This document shows positions 46,234 through 56,434 of a stretch of 64,000 nt of DNA, in pieces. The DNA comes from Alphaproteobacteria bacterium. GTDB lineage: Bacteria > Pseudomonadota > Alphaproteobacteria > JAPOUT01 > G958296285. Numbering within the stretch: position 1 is the first letter of the stretch; each line of letters begins with the position of its first letter. A program made the translations under genes and the position numbers. The DNA is taken from positions 260,933 to 324,932 of the forward strand of contig OZ243043.1 in assembly GCA_965212075.1 (NCBI GenBank), read 5' to 3'. The notes beneath the pieces were generated by a model. That model had not been told where the DNA came from, ran no database searches, and saw only the letters and a program-made list of their open reading frames with translations.

Positions 46234-46836
46234 ATGCCCACACAAAATGATAATACGAAAATTGTTTTTGACTTTATTCAAAGCAATCTAGCTCTTTTGC
46301 GCATGGCAAGCGATCAAGCAAAAAAAAGCGCGCAATCTGCGGGCGCAAAAATCAAAGAAGTTGAAAAAAAAGATTTGAGCGATATTTTTGACAAAAAATT
46401 TCAGAAGATCGCCAATCAAGCGGGCAAGAGCTTAAATCGCGCGCTTGAGGACCTCATTTTGGAAGGTGAATCATTCAAATCGGTGTTCAAACAGCTCGGC
46501 TCAGATTTGCTGCGCAATGTGTTGAACAATATCCCTTATGGCAACATTGGGGCGTCAATTTTGCCTTTTGCGCGCGGCGGTGTTTTGCATGCGCCGACAT
46601 TGTTTCCGTTAGGGCGCGGCGCGGGTCTTGCCGGAGAGGCTGGACCAGAGGCAATTCTGCCGCTTGCGCGCAGCGCTGACGGAAAACTGGGTGTGCGCGC
46701 GCAAAATGGACATAATGCGGGCATGCAAATCAATGTCAATATCACGACGCCCGATGTTCAAGGCTTTCACCGCAGCCAGACGCAGGTCGCGGGCATGCTG
46801 CGCCGCGCGGTGATGCGCGGCCAGCGTAATATCTAA
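46234..46836 (+). CDS. GTA tape-measure protein (short)
   Basis: Position. Helical N-terminus and Gly-rich C-terminus. Confidence 0.55.
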   Translation: MPTQNDNTKIVFDFIQSNLALLRMASDQAKKSAQSAGAKIKEVEKKDLSDIFDKKFQKIANQAGKSLNRALEDLILEGESFKSVFKQLGSDLLRNVLNNIPYGNIGASILPFARGGVLHAPTLFPLGRGAGLAGEAGPEAILPLARSADGKLGVRAQNGHNAGMQINVNITTPDVQGFHRSQTQVAGMLRRAVMRGQRNI

Positions 46837-46860
46837 AATTTTCATTGGTAGAAAAATCAA

Positions 46861-47517
46861 ATGAGTTTTCATGACATTCGCTTTCCGGTGGATATTTCGC
46901 TGGGGTCGTCGGGCGGTCCGGAGCGGCGCACGGACATTATCACTCTGGCCTCCGGCCATGAAGAGCGCAACACGCAATGGCAATCGTCGCGGCGGCGCTA
47001 TAATGCCGGCTATGGCATCCGCTCGCTTGATGACATTCATAAGATCATTCATTTTTTTGAATGTCGCCGCGGGCGGCTGCACGGATTTCGCTGGCGGGAT
47101 CCGACGGATTGGAAGTCATGTGCGCCATCAGCGGAGCCTTCCCATCTTGACCAGCTCATCGGGATTGGCGACAGCACGAAAAAAAATTTTCCACTGACAA
47201 AAACCTATCACTCTACGGCTGACGTGCTGATCCCTGACTCAAATTGGATGCGCATCATCAAAAAACCCGTTTGGGGGCAAGTAAAAATTGCCGTCAATGG
47301 AATCGCGCAAATTGCGGCAAGGCACTTCACGCTGGATCCTCTTGCCGGTGAGGTGCGTTTTCACGACGAGCATGTCCCTGCGCCGCGCGCGCAGATCACT
47401 GCGGGGTTTGAGTTTGATGTTCCTGTGCGGTTTGATACCGATTATCTTGAAATTGATCTTGCCGCTTTTCGCGCGGGTCAAATACCCGACATTCCGCTTG
47501 TGGAAATCAGGCTGTAG
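46861..47517 (+). CDS. GTA distal tail protein (DUF2460/TIGR02217)
   Basis: Position and size. Confidence 0.6.
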   Translation: MSFHDIRFPVDISLGSSGGPERRTDIITLASGHEERNTQWQSSRRRYNAGYGIRSLDDIHKIIHFFECRRGRLHGFRWRDPTDWKSCAPSAEPSHLDQLIGIGDSTKKNFPLTKTYHSTADVLIPDSNWMRIIKKPVWGQVKIAVNGIAQIAARHFTLDPLAGEVRFHDEHVPAPRAQITAGFEFDVPVRFDTDYLEIDLAAFRAGQIPDIPLVEIRL

Positions 47518-47525
47518 GAGTCTTT

Positions 47526-48401
47526 ATGAAAAAACTCAATGCGAATATGGCCGCCATGGTTGCGAGCGGCACGACGAGCTTATGCCATTGCTGGAAGCTG
47601 ACTTGCAAACCCACCTCGCCGTCGCAGCACGAGATGGTTCATGGCTTTACCGACCATGACCAGCCGCTTGTTTTTGACGGCGTCACCTTTGAAGCCGCCA
47701 GCGGCTTCACCGCGAGCGCCATTGAGAGCGGTTTAGGCCTTCAAGTGGATAATCTTGAGGTGGAGGGCGCTTTGTCTTCGGGCAGACTAGATGAAGCGGC
47801 GATCACCAAAGGTCTTTATGATGATGCGGAAGTGGAAATTTACCGCGTCAATTGGCGCGACACAGCGCAGCGCGTTTTGCTGCGCAAAGGGTCTTTAGGG
47901 GAGATCAGGCGGACATCATGGGGGTTCACCGCCGAGCTGCGCGGGCTTGCGCATAAATTGTCCCAGCCCTCCGGACGGCTTTATCAAAATCTTTGCGACG
48001 CCGACCTAGGAGATCAACGCTGCGGTGTGCGCTTGTCCGATTATCGGCGCTCTGCGCACGTTTTTGCGTTAGAGCAGCAAGGCCATGTCTTGATCTTGCG
48101 CGATGAGCTGACCGATCTGGAATCGGGCTGGTTTGCCGGCGGAAAATTGACGTTTACGTCAGGAAAAAATCAGGGACAAAACTTTGATCTGCGCACGCAT
48201 TTTAAATTGGGCAGGAAGGTGGAAATAGAGCTCTGGCAGGCTGCGCCGCAAGATGTTCAGGTCGGCGATCAATTTGATATGCTGCCCGGATGCAATAAGA
48301 CTTTTCCCATCTGCCGCAGGAAGTTTGGCAATCAGATAAATTTTCAAGGTTTTCCGCACATTCCCGGCAATGACTTTGTCCAACATTATCCTCGTTCTTG
48401 A
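47526..48401 (+). CDS. GTA hub protein (DUF2163)
   Basis: Position and size. Confidence 0.6.
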   Translation: MKKLNANMAAMVASGTTSLCHCWKLTCKPTSPSQHEMVHGFTDHDQPLVFDGVTFEAASGFTASAIESGLGLQVDNLEVEGALSSGRLDEAAITKGLYDDAEVEIYRVNWRDTAQRVLLRKGSLGEIRRTSWGFTAELRGLAHKLSQPSGRLYQNLCDADLGDQRCGVRLSDYRRSAHVFALEQQGHVLILRDELTDLESGWFAGGKLTFTSGKNQGQNFDLRTHFKLGRKVEIELWQAAPQDVQVGDQFDMLPGCNKTFPICRRKFGNQINFQGFPHIPGNDFVQHYPRS

Positions 48402-48862
48402 TGAGTTTCAGACAGGACATCATCACATGCGCGCGATCATGGATCGGCACGCCCTATCGGCATAATGCCTGCTTAAAATCTGTCGGCGCGGATTGTCTCG
48501 GCCTGCTGCGCGGTGTCTACCAAGAAATTTACGGCACGGCACCCGCACCGCCGCCTTATACGCCCGACTGGGGAGAAACACCCGATGCAGACGGAAAATT
48601 TCCGGAGCTTTTGCTTGAGGCGACACGGCTTTATTTGCAGCCTTGCGTACTTGCTGATCGCGCGCCCGGCGATGTGATTTTGTTTCGCATATTCACTCAT
48701 GGCCCGATCAAACATTGCGCGTTTTTATCGTCGCCGCAGAAAATGATTCATGCCTATACCGGACATGATGTCCGTGAATCTCATATCGGGCTTTGGTGGG
48801 AGCGGCGGATCACGCATGCTTTTCGGTTTCCCGAAAAAATTCAAGATAAAGGGAAGGCGTAA
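48398..48862 (+). CDS. GTA NlpC/P60 cell-wall peptidase
   Basis: Cys...His arrangement (ADCLGLLRG ... HCAFL) typical of NlpC/P60. Confidence 0.65.
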   Translation: MMSFRQDIITCARSWIGTPYRHNACLKSVGADCLGLLRGVYQEIYGTAPAPPPYTPDWGETPDADGKFPELLLEATRLYLQPCVLADRAPGDVILFRIFTHGPIKHCAFLSSPQKMIHAYTGHDVRESHIGLWWERRITHAFRFPEKIQDKGKA

Positions 48863-48867
48863 GACAT

Positions 48868-51800
48868 ATGGCAACAATTGTTTTTTCCACTTTGGGCGGT
48901 GCTATCGGCGCGTCCATCGGCGGCCCGGCTGGCGCTGTGATAGGCCAATCTGTTGGCGCTTTGGGCGGCCAATTAATTGATCGCGCGCTGTTTGCGCCCT
49001 CCGAACGATCGCCCGCGCAGTCATCAGCAGGCGACATCCATGTGCAAACTTCAACCGAAGGTGCGCCTATATTGGAAATATTTGGCACGATGCGCATCGC
49101 CGGACAGGTCATTTGGGCGACGCCTTTTGTAAAACATACCCGCTCTTCAGGGCAGGGCAAGGGCGGCGGCAGTGGCGGCGGCAGTTCATCGGAAAGCTAT
49201 TATACCGTGTCGGTTGCGATCGCGCTTGCACGCGGCGAGCTCCGTGCACCGCAGCGCATGTGGGCTGATGGGCAGCCGTTTGAAACCTCCAGAGCGACGT
49301 GGCGCTTTCATTCCGGCACGTCCGATCAGCAGCCCGACCCGGGGATTGAACGCACACGGAAATATGTGCCGGCCTATCGCGGACTGGCCTATGTGGTGTT
49401 TGAAAACCTTGATCTATCCATGTTCGGCAATCGCCTGCCGCAATTTTCGTTTGAGGTGACGCGCGCTGCGCTCGACACGATGCAGCGTGTGCGTTCTGTG
49501 TCGCTCATTCCTGCTGCCACAGAGTTCGGCTATGAGCCTAGGGAAGTGTTCCGCATCTTAAACTTAGGCGGAATTTTGTCTGAAAACAGGCATAATGATC
49601 TTGGCAAGACCGACTGGGAAGCCTCGCTCGACCAGCTCGCTGAAACCTGCCCCAATTGCACGACGGTGTCGCTTATTGTGGCGTGGTTCGGAACAAGTGT
49701 ATCTACACATAGCTGCAAAATCAAACCAGAAGTGCTGGTAAAGGCTAGGCTCAATCATCCTTATCAATGGTCTGTGGGCGAACTTTCCCGCAGTCAGGCG
49801 CGCCTCGTGAGTCACATAGATTCTCGTCCGGCTTATGGCGGCTCGCCATCTGACAGGTCGGTGATTGCCGCAATTAGAGATTTGAAGCAGCGCGGCTATA
49901 AAGTGGTCTTTCACCCTTTTATTATGATGGATGTGCCTCCGAGTTATCCGTGGCGCGGTGAAATTTCTACACAGGCTGCTTTGGGCACCCAAAGCGTGAA
50001 AGATGAAATTAATTCCTTTTTTAGCACACCGCCTCTTACGGCTTTTACCGTTGACAGGAGAAAGGAAACAGTGATTTTTGACACAACGTTGCGCAGACGC
50101 TGGCATTTTGGACGATTTATTTTACATTGCGCATTTTTATGTGATTTGGCTGGTGGCGTTGATGCTTTTTTGCTCGGCAGTGAATTGGGCGGTATAACAC
50201 GCGCTTATTCTGCGCCCGGCGTCTATCCTGCGGTTGACAGGCTGATTGAGCTAGCTTCCCTCGTGAAGCAAATTTTGCCAAATACGAAAATATCTTATGG
50301 TGCCAACTGGGATGAATATCGCGGGCATGATCTCGGCGGTGGCAGGTTTTATTTTCACCTTGATCCACTTTGGGCGCATCGGGACATTGACTTCGTTGGC
50401 ATCAATTATTATATGCCGCTCGCTGATTGGCGCAGCGGCAAGGTTCATAAAGATTTGAGTGCAGGGCGCAGCACGTCCATTTATGATACTGACTATCTCA
50501 GAAGCAACATCGCCAGCGGTGAAGGCTATGATTTTTATTACCGCAATCGGGCTGAGCGCGATCAACAAATTCGCACACCGATCACTGATAGCCACAATAA
50601 GCCATGGGTGTTTCGCTGGAAGGATATCAGCTCTTGGTGGCGCCACCTTCACTATAATCGCCCCGATGGCCGCGAAGCCTCAACCCCGACAGCGTGGCAG
50701 GCCGGTATGAAGCCCATCTGGTTCACCGAAGCTGGATGCGCCGCTATTGATAAAGGCGCCAACCAGCCCAACATATTTGTTGACAAAAACAGGCCTGATT
50801 CAAGTGTCGCTGGCCTGCCTTACTATTCTTCCGGCGATCGGGATGACTTCATGCAAAGCAGTTATCTTGAGGCGCTGCTGACAGCCTTTGATGAAACGCA
50901 TTCGCGTCATCTGGCAGGCTTTAATGTCAAGATTGGCAATGTGCGCATGGTTGATGTGGAGAACATCTCCATTTGGTGCTGGGATGCGCGGCCTTACCCC
51001 TATTTTCCCGACAAGCTGGACATATGGACCGATGGTGTGAATTGGGGGCAGGGACACTGGATCACAGGCCGCCCGGCCTTTGCCTCCGTGTCGGATACCG
51101 TCAAGCAAATTATGGAGCGCCATAATTTTCAAGATTATGACATTAGCGATTTGCGCTTTAGCCTCAAAGGCTTTCGCATTGACCGCATCGGTGCAGCGCG
51201 TGATGCGTTTGAAGCGCTGATGCGCTTTTATTTCTTTGACGCGGTTGAGCGCGATGGAAAAATTCATTTTATTCATCGCGACAAAGAGCCGATCGCTGAA
51301 ATCACCGCTGAAGAATGTGTCATCCAAGAAAATGGCGAGCCGGGTTATCAGTTAATTCGCGCGCAAGAAGCGGAGCTGCCTAAATCTGTCAAACTGCTTC
51401 ATATTCTTGATATAAAAGATTATCGCCAAGCCGTCGCTGAAGCGCGCCGCCAGACCGGCGCGAGCGCTTATGTCGCTGAGGCGAGCCTGCCGATCGTCGC
51501 AAGCCAAGCTGAAGCGCTCATGGCAGCGCAGAGCTGGCTGCACGAAACGCTCGTTGCACGCGAACGCGCAATTTTGCATTTGCCGCCCTCGCGGCTGGCG
51601 CTTGATCCGGGTGATGTCATCGTGTTTGTCAGCACTGACGGGCAGCGGCGCAAAATGCGCATCCTCTCAATTCGCGATGAGGGCGTGCGGATCGTTGAGG
51701 CTGTCGCGGTGGATCCCAACGTCTATCGCCGCGGCCCTATCTCGGATATTTATAAAAGCCCGCCGCCGCGCACAACAATGCTGCCTGAGCGCGATCTATC

Positions 51801-52794
51801 AACCGATCCCGAGTTGATGCCGCAGCCTGTCTATGGCCCTCCTTATGTTGAGATGATGGACTTGCCGCATTTGCGCGGCGACGAAACTCTTGCACCGCAC
51901 ATCGCCATTCATGCGCAGCCGCGCCCTGACGTTTTTGCCGTCTATCGCTCACTCAATGGCCAATATGGCTGGCAGCATAATGCGACGATTGACGCGCAGG
52001 CCGTGATCGGAATCATCACCTCGCCGCCTGCTTCCGGACGCGAAGCCTGCTGGGATCACGCTAATTCCTTTCATGTGCGCATGCTCGCCGGCGAGTTGAT
52101 GTCGCGCTCTGAGCAGGATGTGCTCGCCGGTGCCAATTACGCTGCAATAAAACATCAAAACGAAAAATGGGAAATCATTCAATTTCGCCATGCCACGCTT
52201 GTGCAGGGCGAAGAATCCGATGCGATCTATTATCAAATTTCCGGCCTTCTGCGCGGTCTGGCCGGAACCGAAAGCGAAATGCGCGCGTCATTTGATTCCG
52301 ACGCGCCCTTTATTTTGCTTGACGGTAATAATATCCCTCAGCTCAATTTGACGCCGGTTGAGCGCAATGTCCCTTATCATTGGCGCATTGGCGCAGCCAG
52401 CCAGCCTTATAATTCCGTTGCTTATCAGCCGCTTGAATATGTTTATCGCGGCGTCAATTTGCGGCCTTTGTCGCCGGTGCGCGCGCGCGCGCAGCGGCGC
52501 GCCAATGGCGACATCGCGCTTGACTGGATCCGCCGCACCCGCAGCGTCATCAATGATGGCTGGGGCGAGCAGGATGTCACTTTGGGTGAAGAATATGAAT
52601 CCTATGAGATTGACATTCTTAAAGCAGGTGAAGTGATCCGCACTTTGAACGCCGCGCAGCCGCGCGCCCTATATACCGCCGCCCAGCAGACGCAGGATTT
52701 TGAAACGAAAATTGATCAACTATCTATTTGCATCTATCAAGTCAGCGCCGCTTTCGGGCGCGGCTCACCGAGGAAGGAGACGTTAAATGTCTAA
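48868..52794 (+). CDS. GTA host-specificity / megatron tail protein
   Basis: About 1300 aa in the g15 position, with Gly-rich N-terminus and central glycoside-hydrolase-like region. Confidence 0.75.
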   Translation: MATIVFSTLGGAIGASIGGPAGAVIGQSVGALGGQLIDRALFAPSERSPAQSSAGDIHVQTSTEGAPILEIFGTMRIAGQVIWATPFVKHTRSSGQGKGGGSGGGSSSESYYTVSVAIALARGELRAPQRMWADGQPFETSRATWRFHSGTSDQQPDPGIERTRKYVPAYRGLAYVVFENLDLSMFGNRLPQFSFEVTRAALDTMQRVRSVSLIPAATEFGYEPREVFRILNLGGILSENRHNDLGKTDWEASLDQLAETCPNCTTVSLIVAWFGTSVSTHSCKIKPEVLVKARLNHPYQWSVGELSRSQARLVSHIDSRPAYGGSPSDRSVIAAIRDLKQRGYKVVFHPFIMMDVPPSYPWRGEISTQAALGTQSVKDEINSFFSTPPLTAFTVDRRKETVIFDTTLRRRWHFGRFILHCAFLCDLAGGVDAFLLGSELGGITRAYSAPGVYPAVDRLIELASLVKQILPNTKISYGANWDEYRGHDLGGGRFYFHLDPLWAHRDIDFVGINYYMPLADWRSGKVHKDLSAGRSTSIYDTDYLRSNIASGEGYDFYYRNRAERDQQIRTPITDSHNKPWVFRWKDISSWWRHLHYNRPDGREASTPTAWQAGMKPIWFTEAGCAAIDKGANQPNIFVDKNRPDSSVAGLPYYSSGDRDDFMQSSYLEALLTAFDETHSRHLAGFNVKIGNVRMVDVENISIWCWDARPYPYFPDKLDIWTDGVNWGQGHWITGRPAFASVSDTVKQIMERHNFQDYDISDLRFSLKGFRIDRIGAARDAFEALMRFYFFDAVERDGKIHFIHRDKEPIAEITAEECVIQENGEPGYQLIRAQEAELPKSVKLLHILDIKDYRQAVAEARRQTGASAYVAEASLPIVASQAEALMAAQSWLHETLVARERAILHLPPSRLALDPGDVIVFVSTDGQRRKMRILSIRDEGVRIVEAVAVDPNVYRRGPISDIYKSPPPRTTMLPERDLSTDPELMPQPVYGPPYVEMMDLPHLRGDETLAPHIAIHAQPRPDVFAVYRSLNGQYGWQHNATIDAQAVIGIITSPPASGREACWDHANSFHVRMLAGELMSRSEQDVLAGANYAAIKHQNEKWEIIQFRHATLVQGEESDAIYYQISGLLRGLAGTESEMRASFDSDAPFILLDGNNIPQLNLTPVERNVPYHWRIGAASQPYNSVAYQPLEYVYRGVNLRPLSPVRARAQRRANGDIALDWIRRTRSVINDGWGEQDVTLGEEYESYEIDILKAGEVIRTLNAAQPRALYTAAQQTQDFETKIDQLSICIYQVSAAFGRGSPRKETLNV

Positions 52795-53116
52795 AACGCA
52801 CACACTTGATCTGCCGCTCGTTCAGGAGCGGCAGGCGCAAAAACATATCACCGTCAATGAGGGGCTGAAAATCCTCGACGTGCTTGTTCAATTAACGGTT
52901 GAAGCGATCAGCGATGATCCTCCCGCTAATGCTGAAGCGGGCGCTGTCTATATCGTCGCCGCCAATCCGACCGGCGCGTGGGCGGAGCGCGCTCATCATT
53001 TGGCGGTTTGGGATGGATATTGGGCCTTCTTTGCGCCGCAAACCGGCTGGACGGCATGGAACAAAAGCGATAATCGCCGCTGGACCTATTATAATAATGT
53101 TTGGAACGTAACTTAA
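52787..53116 (+). CDS. DUF2793 protein (GTA-associated)
   Basis: Small gene overlapping the g15 end, as seen in other GTA clusters. From memory. Confidence 0.5.
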   Translation: MSKTHTLDLPLVQERQAQKHITVNEGLKILDVLVQLTVEAISDDPPANAEAGAVYIVAANPTGAWAERAHHLAVWDGYWAFFAPQTGWTAWNKSDNRRWTYYNNVWNVT

Positions 53117-53131
53117 AGCGCGCCGCGTTTA

Positions 53132-54241
53132 TTATTTTGGCGTGATGCGCAAAAGCTGTCCCTTCGTTTCAGCGAGCACATAGAGCGCGCCATCCGGCCC
53201 GGTGCGCACATCACGCAGACGGGGGTCGAGATCTTTGAACAAAATCTCACTGCCGACGATTTTACCATTTTCCAGATCAAGCCGCTCAATATGGCCAAAC
53301 ACCAAAGAGGTGACAAACAAATCGCCGCGCCACTGTCTGAAGAGCCGCCCCTCATAGATTGTCATCCCCGAAGGGGCGATGGAGGGCGTCCATTGCCATA
53401 AAGGCTGCTCCATGCCTTTGCGGTGAGTCCAAGGCGAGATCGTCGCGCCGCTATAATCTTTGCTGTAGGTGATGACCGGCCAGCCATAATTCTTTTTCGG
53501 CGACAGAAGATTCACCTCATCACCGCCGCGCGCGCCGTGCTCGTTGAGAAAGACGCGGCCACGCCGATCCACCAAAATCGCCTGCGCATTGCGATGGCCG
53601 TAAGTCCAAATCTCCGGCAGCGCTCCTGCTTTCCCGACGAACGGATTGTCTGAGGGCACTTTGCCGTCATCGGTCAGGCGCACGACCGTGCCGTAATGGG
53701 TTTTCAGGTTTTGCGCCTGTTCGCGATAGTCAAAGCCGTCGCCGATGGTCAGCACAAAGGTGCCGTCGCGCATGAAGGCCATGCGCGCGCCATAATGGAC
53801 CGGCGTGTCTTTGCGGGGGTTCGCGCGAAAAATCACTTTCCGATTTTCAAGCCGCGTCCCGTTGAGGCGCGCGCGCATCACATAGGTCGCATTTTCGTCG
53901 GAATTGCCGCCCGCATAGGTCAGATAGATCAAGCGATTGCGGCGATAATTCGGATGCGGCACAACATCCATCAAGCCGCCCTGACCGGCATAATAAACCT
54001 CCGGCACGTTTTGAACCGTCTCAGCCTTCCCGCTGCCGCGCCGAATAAGCCGCAGCTGTCCCGACAATTCGGTGACCAGCATATCGCCATTGGGCAAAAA
54101 CGCCAAAGACCATGGCGTATCAAATCCTTCGGCGACCACCTCAACCTTATAGTCTGGCGCAGCTCTAGCGGCCACCGCCACCACGCTGGCCATCATCGCC
54201 ACGATTAAGACGATGATAATGATTTTGCTGTTTTTGCGCAT
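53132..54241 (-). CDS. PQQ-dependent soluble sugar (aldose/sorbosone) dehydrogenase
   Basis: Start moved to MRKNSKIIIIVLIV (signal peptide). Beta-propeller blocks (PWSLAFLPNGDMLVTE, HRNAQ). Confidence 0.75.
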   Translation of the reverse strand: MRKNSKIIIIVLIVAMMASVVAVAARAAPDYKVEVVAEGFDTPWSLAFLPNGDMLVTELSGQLRLIRRGSGKAETVQNVPEVYYAGQGGLMDVVPHPNYRRNRLIYLTYAGGNSDENATYVMRARLNGTRLENRKVIFRANPRKDTPVHYGARMAFMRDGTFVLTIGDGFDYREQAQNLKTHYGTVVRLTDDGKVPSDNPFVGKAGALPEIWTYGHRNAQAILVDRRGRVFLNEHGARGGDEVNLLSPKKNYGWPVITYSKDYSGATISPWTHRKGMEQPLWQWTPSIAPSGMTIYEGRLFRQWRGDLFVTSLVFGHIERLDLENGKIVGSEILFKDLDPRLRDVRTGPDGALYVLAETKGQLLRITPK

Positions 54242-54343
54242 ATCCTTTCCTCTTCTTTCCCCCACGAACTCTCCCGACAAGTATATCGTAGAAATATCCC
54301 ACATTTTGCTATAAAAAGAAAGAATAGAAGAATATAGGAGGGG

Positions 54344-54853
54344 ATGATGTCTTTTGTTTATTCCATTTTGCGTCCTGTGGGGGCGTTTATTATCGCATGG
54401 CTCGTTTTTGTTGTGGTCGGCGTTTCGGTGAGCACACAGTATATATTGGCCGAGCTGACAGCGCTCGGCGCTGATGTTCCTTTCGGGCTGCGGCTTCAAG
54501 TGACCGGCGAAGACATTATCGGGATGCAGCCTCTTTATGGGATGATTTTTGGCGTCGGCCTGCTGATTGCGGTGGTTGCCGCTTGGGGCATCATCAAATT
54601 AGGCGCGCCGAAGCCGCATATTGTCTTTGCGGCGGCGGGGTTTATTTCTGTCATCGTCACTTTGCTGGCGATGGGCATTCTGCTCGGCATCGGGATCGGC
54701 AAAGCCTTTGCCATCACCCCGATCGCCTCGACGCGCTCAATAGACGGCTTCTTGATGCAATGTCTGGTCGGCGGGCTTGCCGGATATGTCTATATTCGCG
54801 CGCGTGAAAAGTTAGGTGATTTGCTGCCGCCTCCTCAACAGACATCTTTTTAG
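54344..54853 (+). CDS. hypothetical membrane protein (4-5 TM)
   Basis: Hydrophobic segments only. Confidence 0.4.
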   Translation: MMSFVYSILRPVGAFIIAWLVFVVVGVSVSTQYILAELTALGADVPFGLRLQVTGEDIIGMQPLYGMIFGVGLLIAVVAAWGIIKLGAPKPHIVFAAAGFISVIVTLLAMGILLGIGIGKAFAITPIASTRSIDGFLMQCLVGGLAGYVYIRAREKLGDLLPPPQQTSF

Positions 54854-54880
54854 TAAATTTTTTGAGGAAGAGAGAAGCTG

Positions 54881-55708
54881 ATGTCAGAAAAATTGAAAGA
54901 CCGCATCGCGCTCATTACCGGCGGCGCGCGCGGGCTTGGATTCGCAATCGCCGACGCGCTCGCTGCTGAAGGCGCGCGGGTCATCATCGCCGACCGGCTT
55001 GAGAAAGAAGCCCATGAGGCTACAGCCAGCCTCGACAAAAAACATGGACAGGGCACAGCGCGTTTTTATCCCCTGAACGTCACCGATGAAAAAAATTGGC
55101 AGACCCTCGCCGACCAGCTCGCAAAAGATTTCGGCGCGCTTGATATCCTCGTCAATAATGCCGGAATCTATCAGGCCGCCCCGATTGAAGAAATGAAGCT
55201 CGCCGACTGGCAGTCTATATTCGCCGTCAATGTTGACGGCGTGTTCTTAGGCTGCAAGCACATCATCCCTCTGCTGCAAAAAAACGCCGCCAAATGGAAG
55301 GGCGGTGGCGCCGTGATCAACCTTTCGTCAGTGGCTGGCCTTGTCGGCTCGCCGCGTCACGCCGCCTATTGCGCTTCCAAAGCCGCCGTGCGCCTGATGA
55401 CCAAAGCCATCGCTATGGAATATGCCCAAAAACACGCCCAAGAGGGCGCACCGCTCGTGCGCGTCAACTCGGTTCATCCCGGCGTCATTGATACGATGAT
55501 GGGCGATCAAGTCGTGCAGACCATCCAAGAGGCTGGCATCGCTGATAACCCGCAAGGCGCAAAAATGGCGCTGGAACTCAATCATCCGGTCGGGCGGCTG
55601 GGACGGCCCGAAGAAGTCGCCGCCGCCGTGCTCTATCTCGCAAGCGATGATTCCTCTTTCTCCACCGGTTCCGAATTGGTCGTGGATGGCGGGCTCACGA
55701 TTACATAA
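54881..55708 (+). CDS. SDR-family oxidoreductase
   Basis: TGGARGLG cofactor motif, the NNAG motif and the YxxxK active site. Confidence 0.85.
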   Translation: MSEKLKDRIALITGGARGLGFAIADALAAEGARVIIADRLEKEAHEATASLDKKHGQGTARFYPLNVTDEKNWQTLADQLAKDFGALDILVNNAGIYQAAPIEEMKLADWQSIFAVNVDGVFLGCKHIIPLLQKNAAKWKGGGAVINLSSVAGLVGSPRHAAYCASKAAVRLMTKAIAMEYAQKHAQEGAPLVRVNSVHPGVIDTMMGDQVVQTIQEAGIADNPQGAKMALELNHPVGRLGRPEEVAAAVLYLASDDSSFSTGSELVVDGGLTIT

Positions 55709-55756
55709 AGACTGCATAAAGAAGACTAGATAAAGAAATAATCAAAAAGGGCATAT

Positions 55757-56434
55757 ATGAAAGTTTCCGAAGCTGTCGCCACCCGCATTTCGTGCCGCCG
55801 CTTTCTTGATCGCGACGTGTCGCGCGAGACCATCCGCGACATTATCAGCCAAGCGCGCCGCGCGCCGTCGGGAGGCAATCTGCAGCCTTGGCTCGTTCAT
55901 GTGCTTAACCGCTCTGCTGCGCAAAAACTTTCGCAGGTCATCGTTGAAAAAGTCCAGTCGGGCATAAGAGGCGAAAAGTCCGAATATGACGTCTATCCCC
56001 CCGACCTCAAAGAGCCTTACAGAACGCGCCGCTATCGGGTCGGCGAACAGCTTTATGGCCTGCTGAACATTCCGCGCGAGGATAAAGCCGGTCGGCTTCA
56101 ACAATTCGCCGACAATTTTCAATTTTTCAACGCGCCGATCGCGATGTTCTTTTCTATTGACCGTGAAATGTGCGAGGGGCAATGGTCGGACCTCGGCATG
56201 TTCATCCAGACCATCATGCTGCTCGCGCGCGAGAAGGGACTCCATACCTGCGCGCAGGAAGCATGGGCGATCTGGACGCCCACCGTGCGCGATTATCTCA
56301 AACTGCCCGAAAGCCATATGTTTTTTTGCGGCATGGCGGTCGGCTATATGGACGAGACCAGTGCCATCAACCGGCTGCGCACCGAACGCGCCGCTGAAGA
56401 AGAGTTCGCCGCTTGGATCGGGTTTGACGGGTGA
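55757..56434 (+). CDS. nitroreductase-family protein
   Basis: RRAPSGGNLQPW motif. Confidence 0.8.
   Translation: MKVSEAVATRISCRRFLDRDVSRETIRDIISQARRAPSGGNLQPWLVHVLNRSAAQKLSQVIVEKVQSGIRGEKSEYDVYPPDLKEPYRTRRYRVGEQLYGLLNIPREDKAGRLQQFADNFQFFNAPIAMFFSIDREMCEGQWSDLGMFIQTIMLLAREKGLHTCAQEAWAIWTPTVRDYLKLPESHMFFCGMAVGYMDETSAINRLRTERAAEEEFAAWIGFDG

Larger units (their letters stand above)
38737..53116 (+). other. RcGTA-like gene transfer agent structural cluster (g1-g15 plus DUF2793), a domesticated prophage
   Basis: Collinear terminase, portal, g3.5, protease, HK97 capsid, connectors, tail, TMP, distal tail, hub, peptidase and megatron genes with ATGA-type overlaps. About 14.4 kb. Confidence 0.85.

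Noticed and set aside
53113-53140. CGCGcCGCG motif between the convergent DUF2793 and PQQ-dehydrogenase genes, as a possible bidirectional terminator
   Set aside because: The stem is too short and the loop too tight. The A/T runs are weak and not convincing.
54242-54499. 86-codon N-terminal extension of the PQQ dehydrogenase ORF
   Set aside because: A signal peptide begins at the internal Met (MRKNSKIIIIVL). The upstream part is intergenic.
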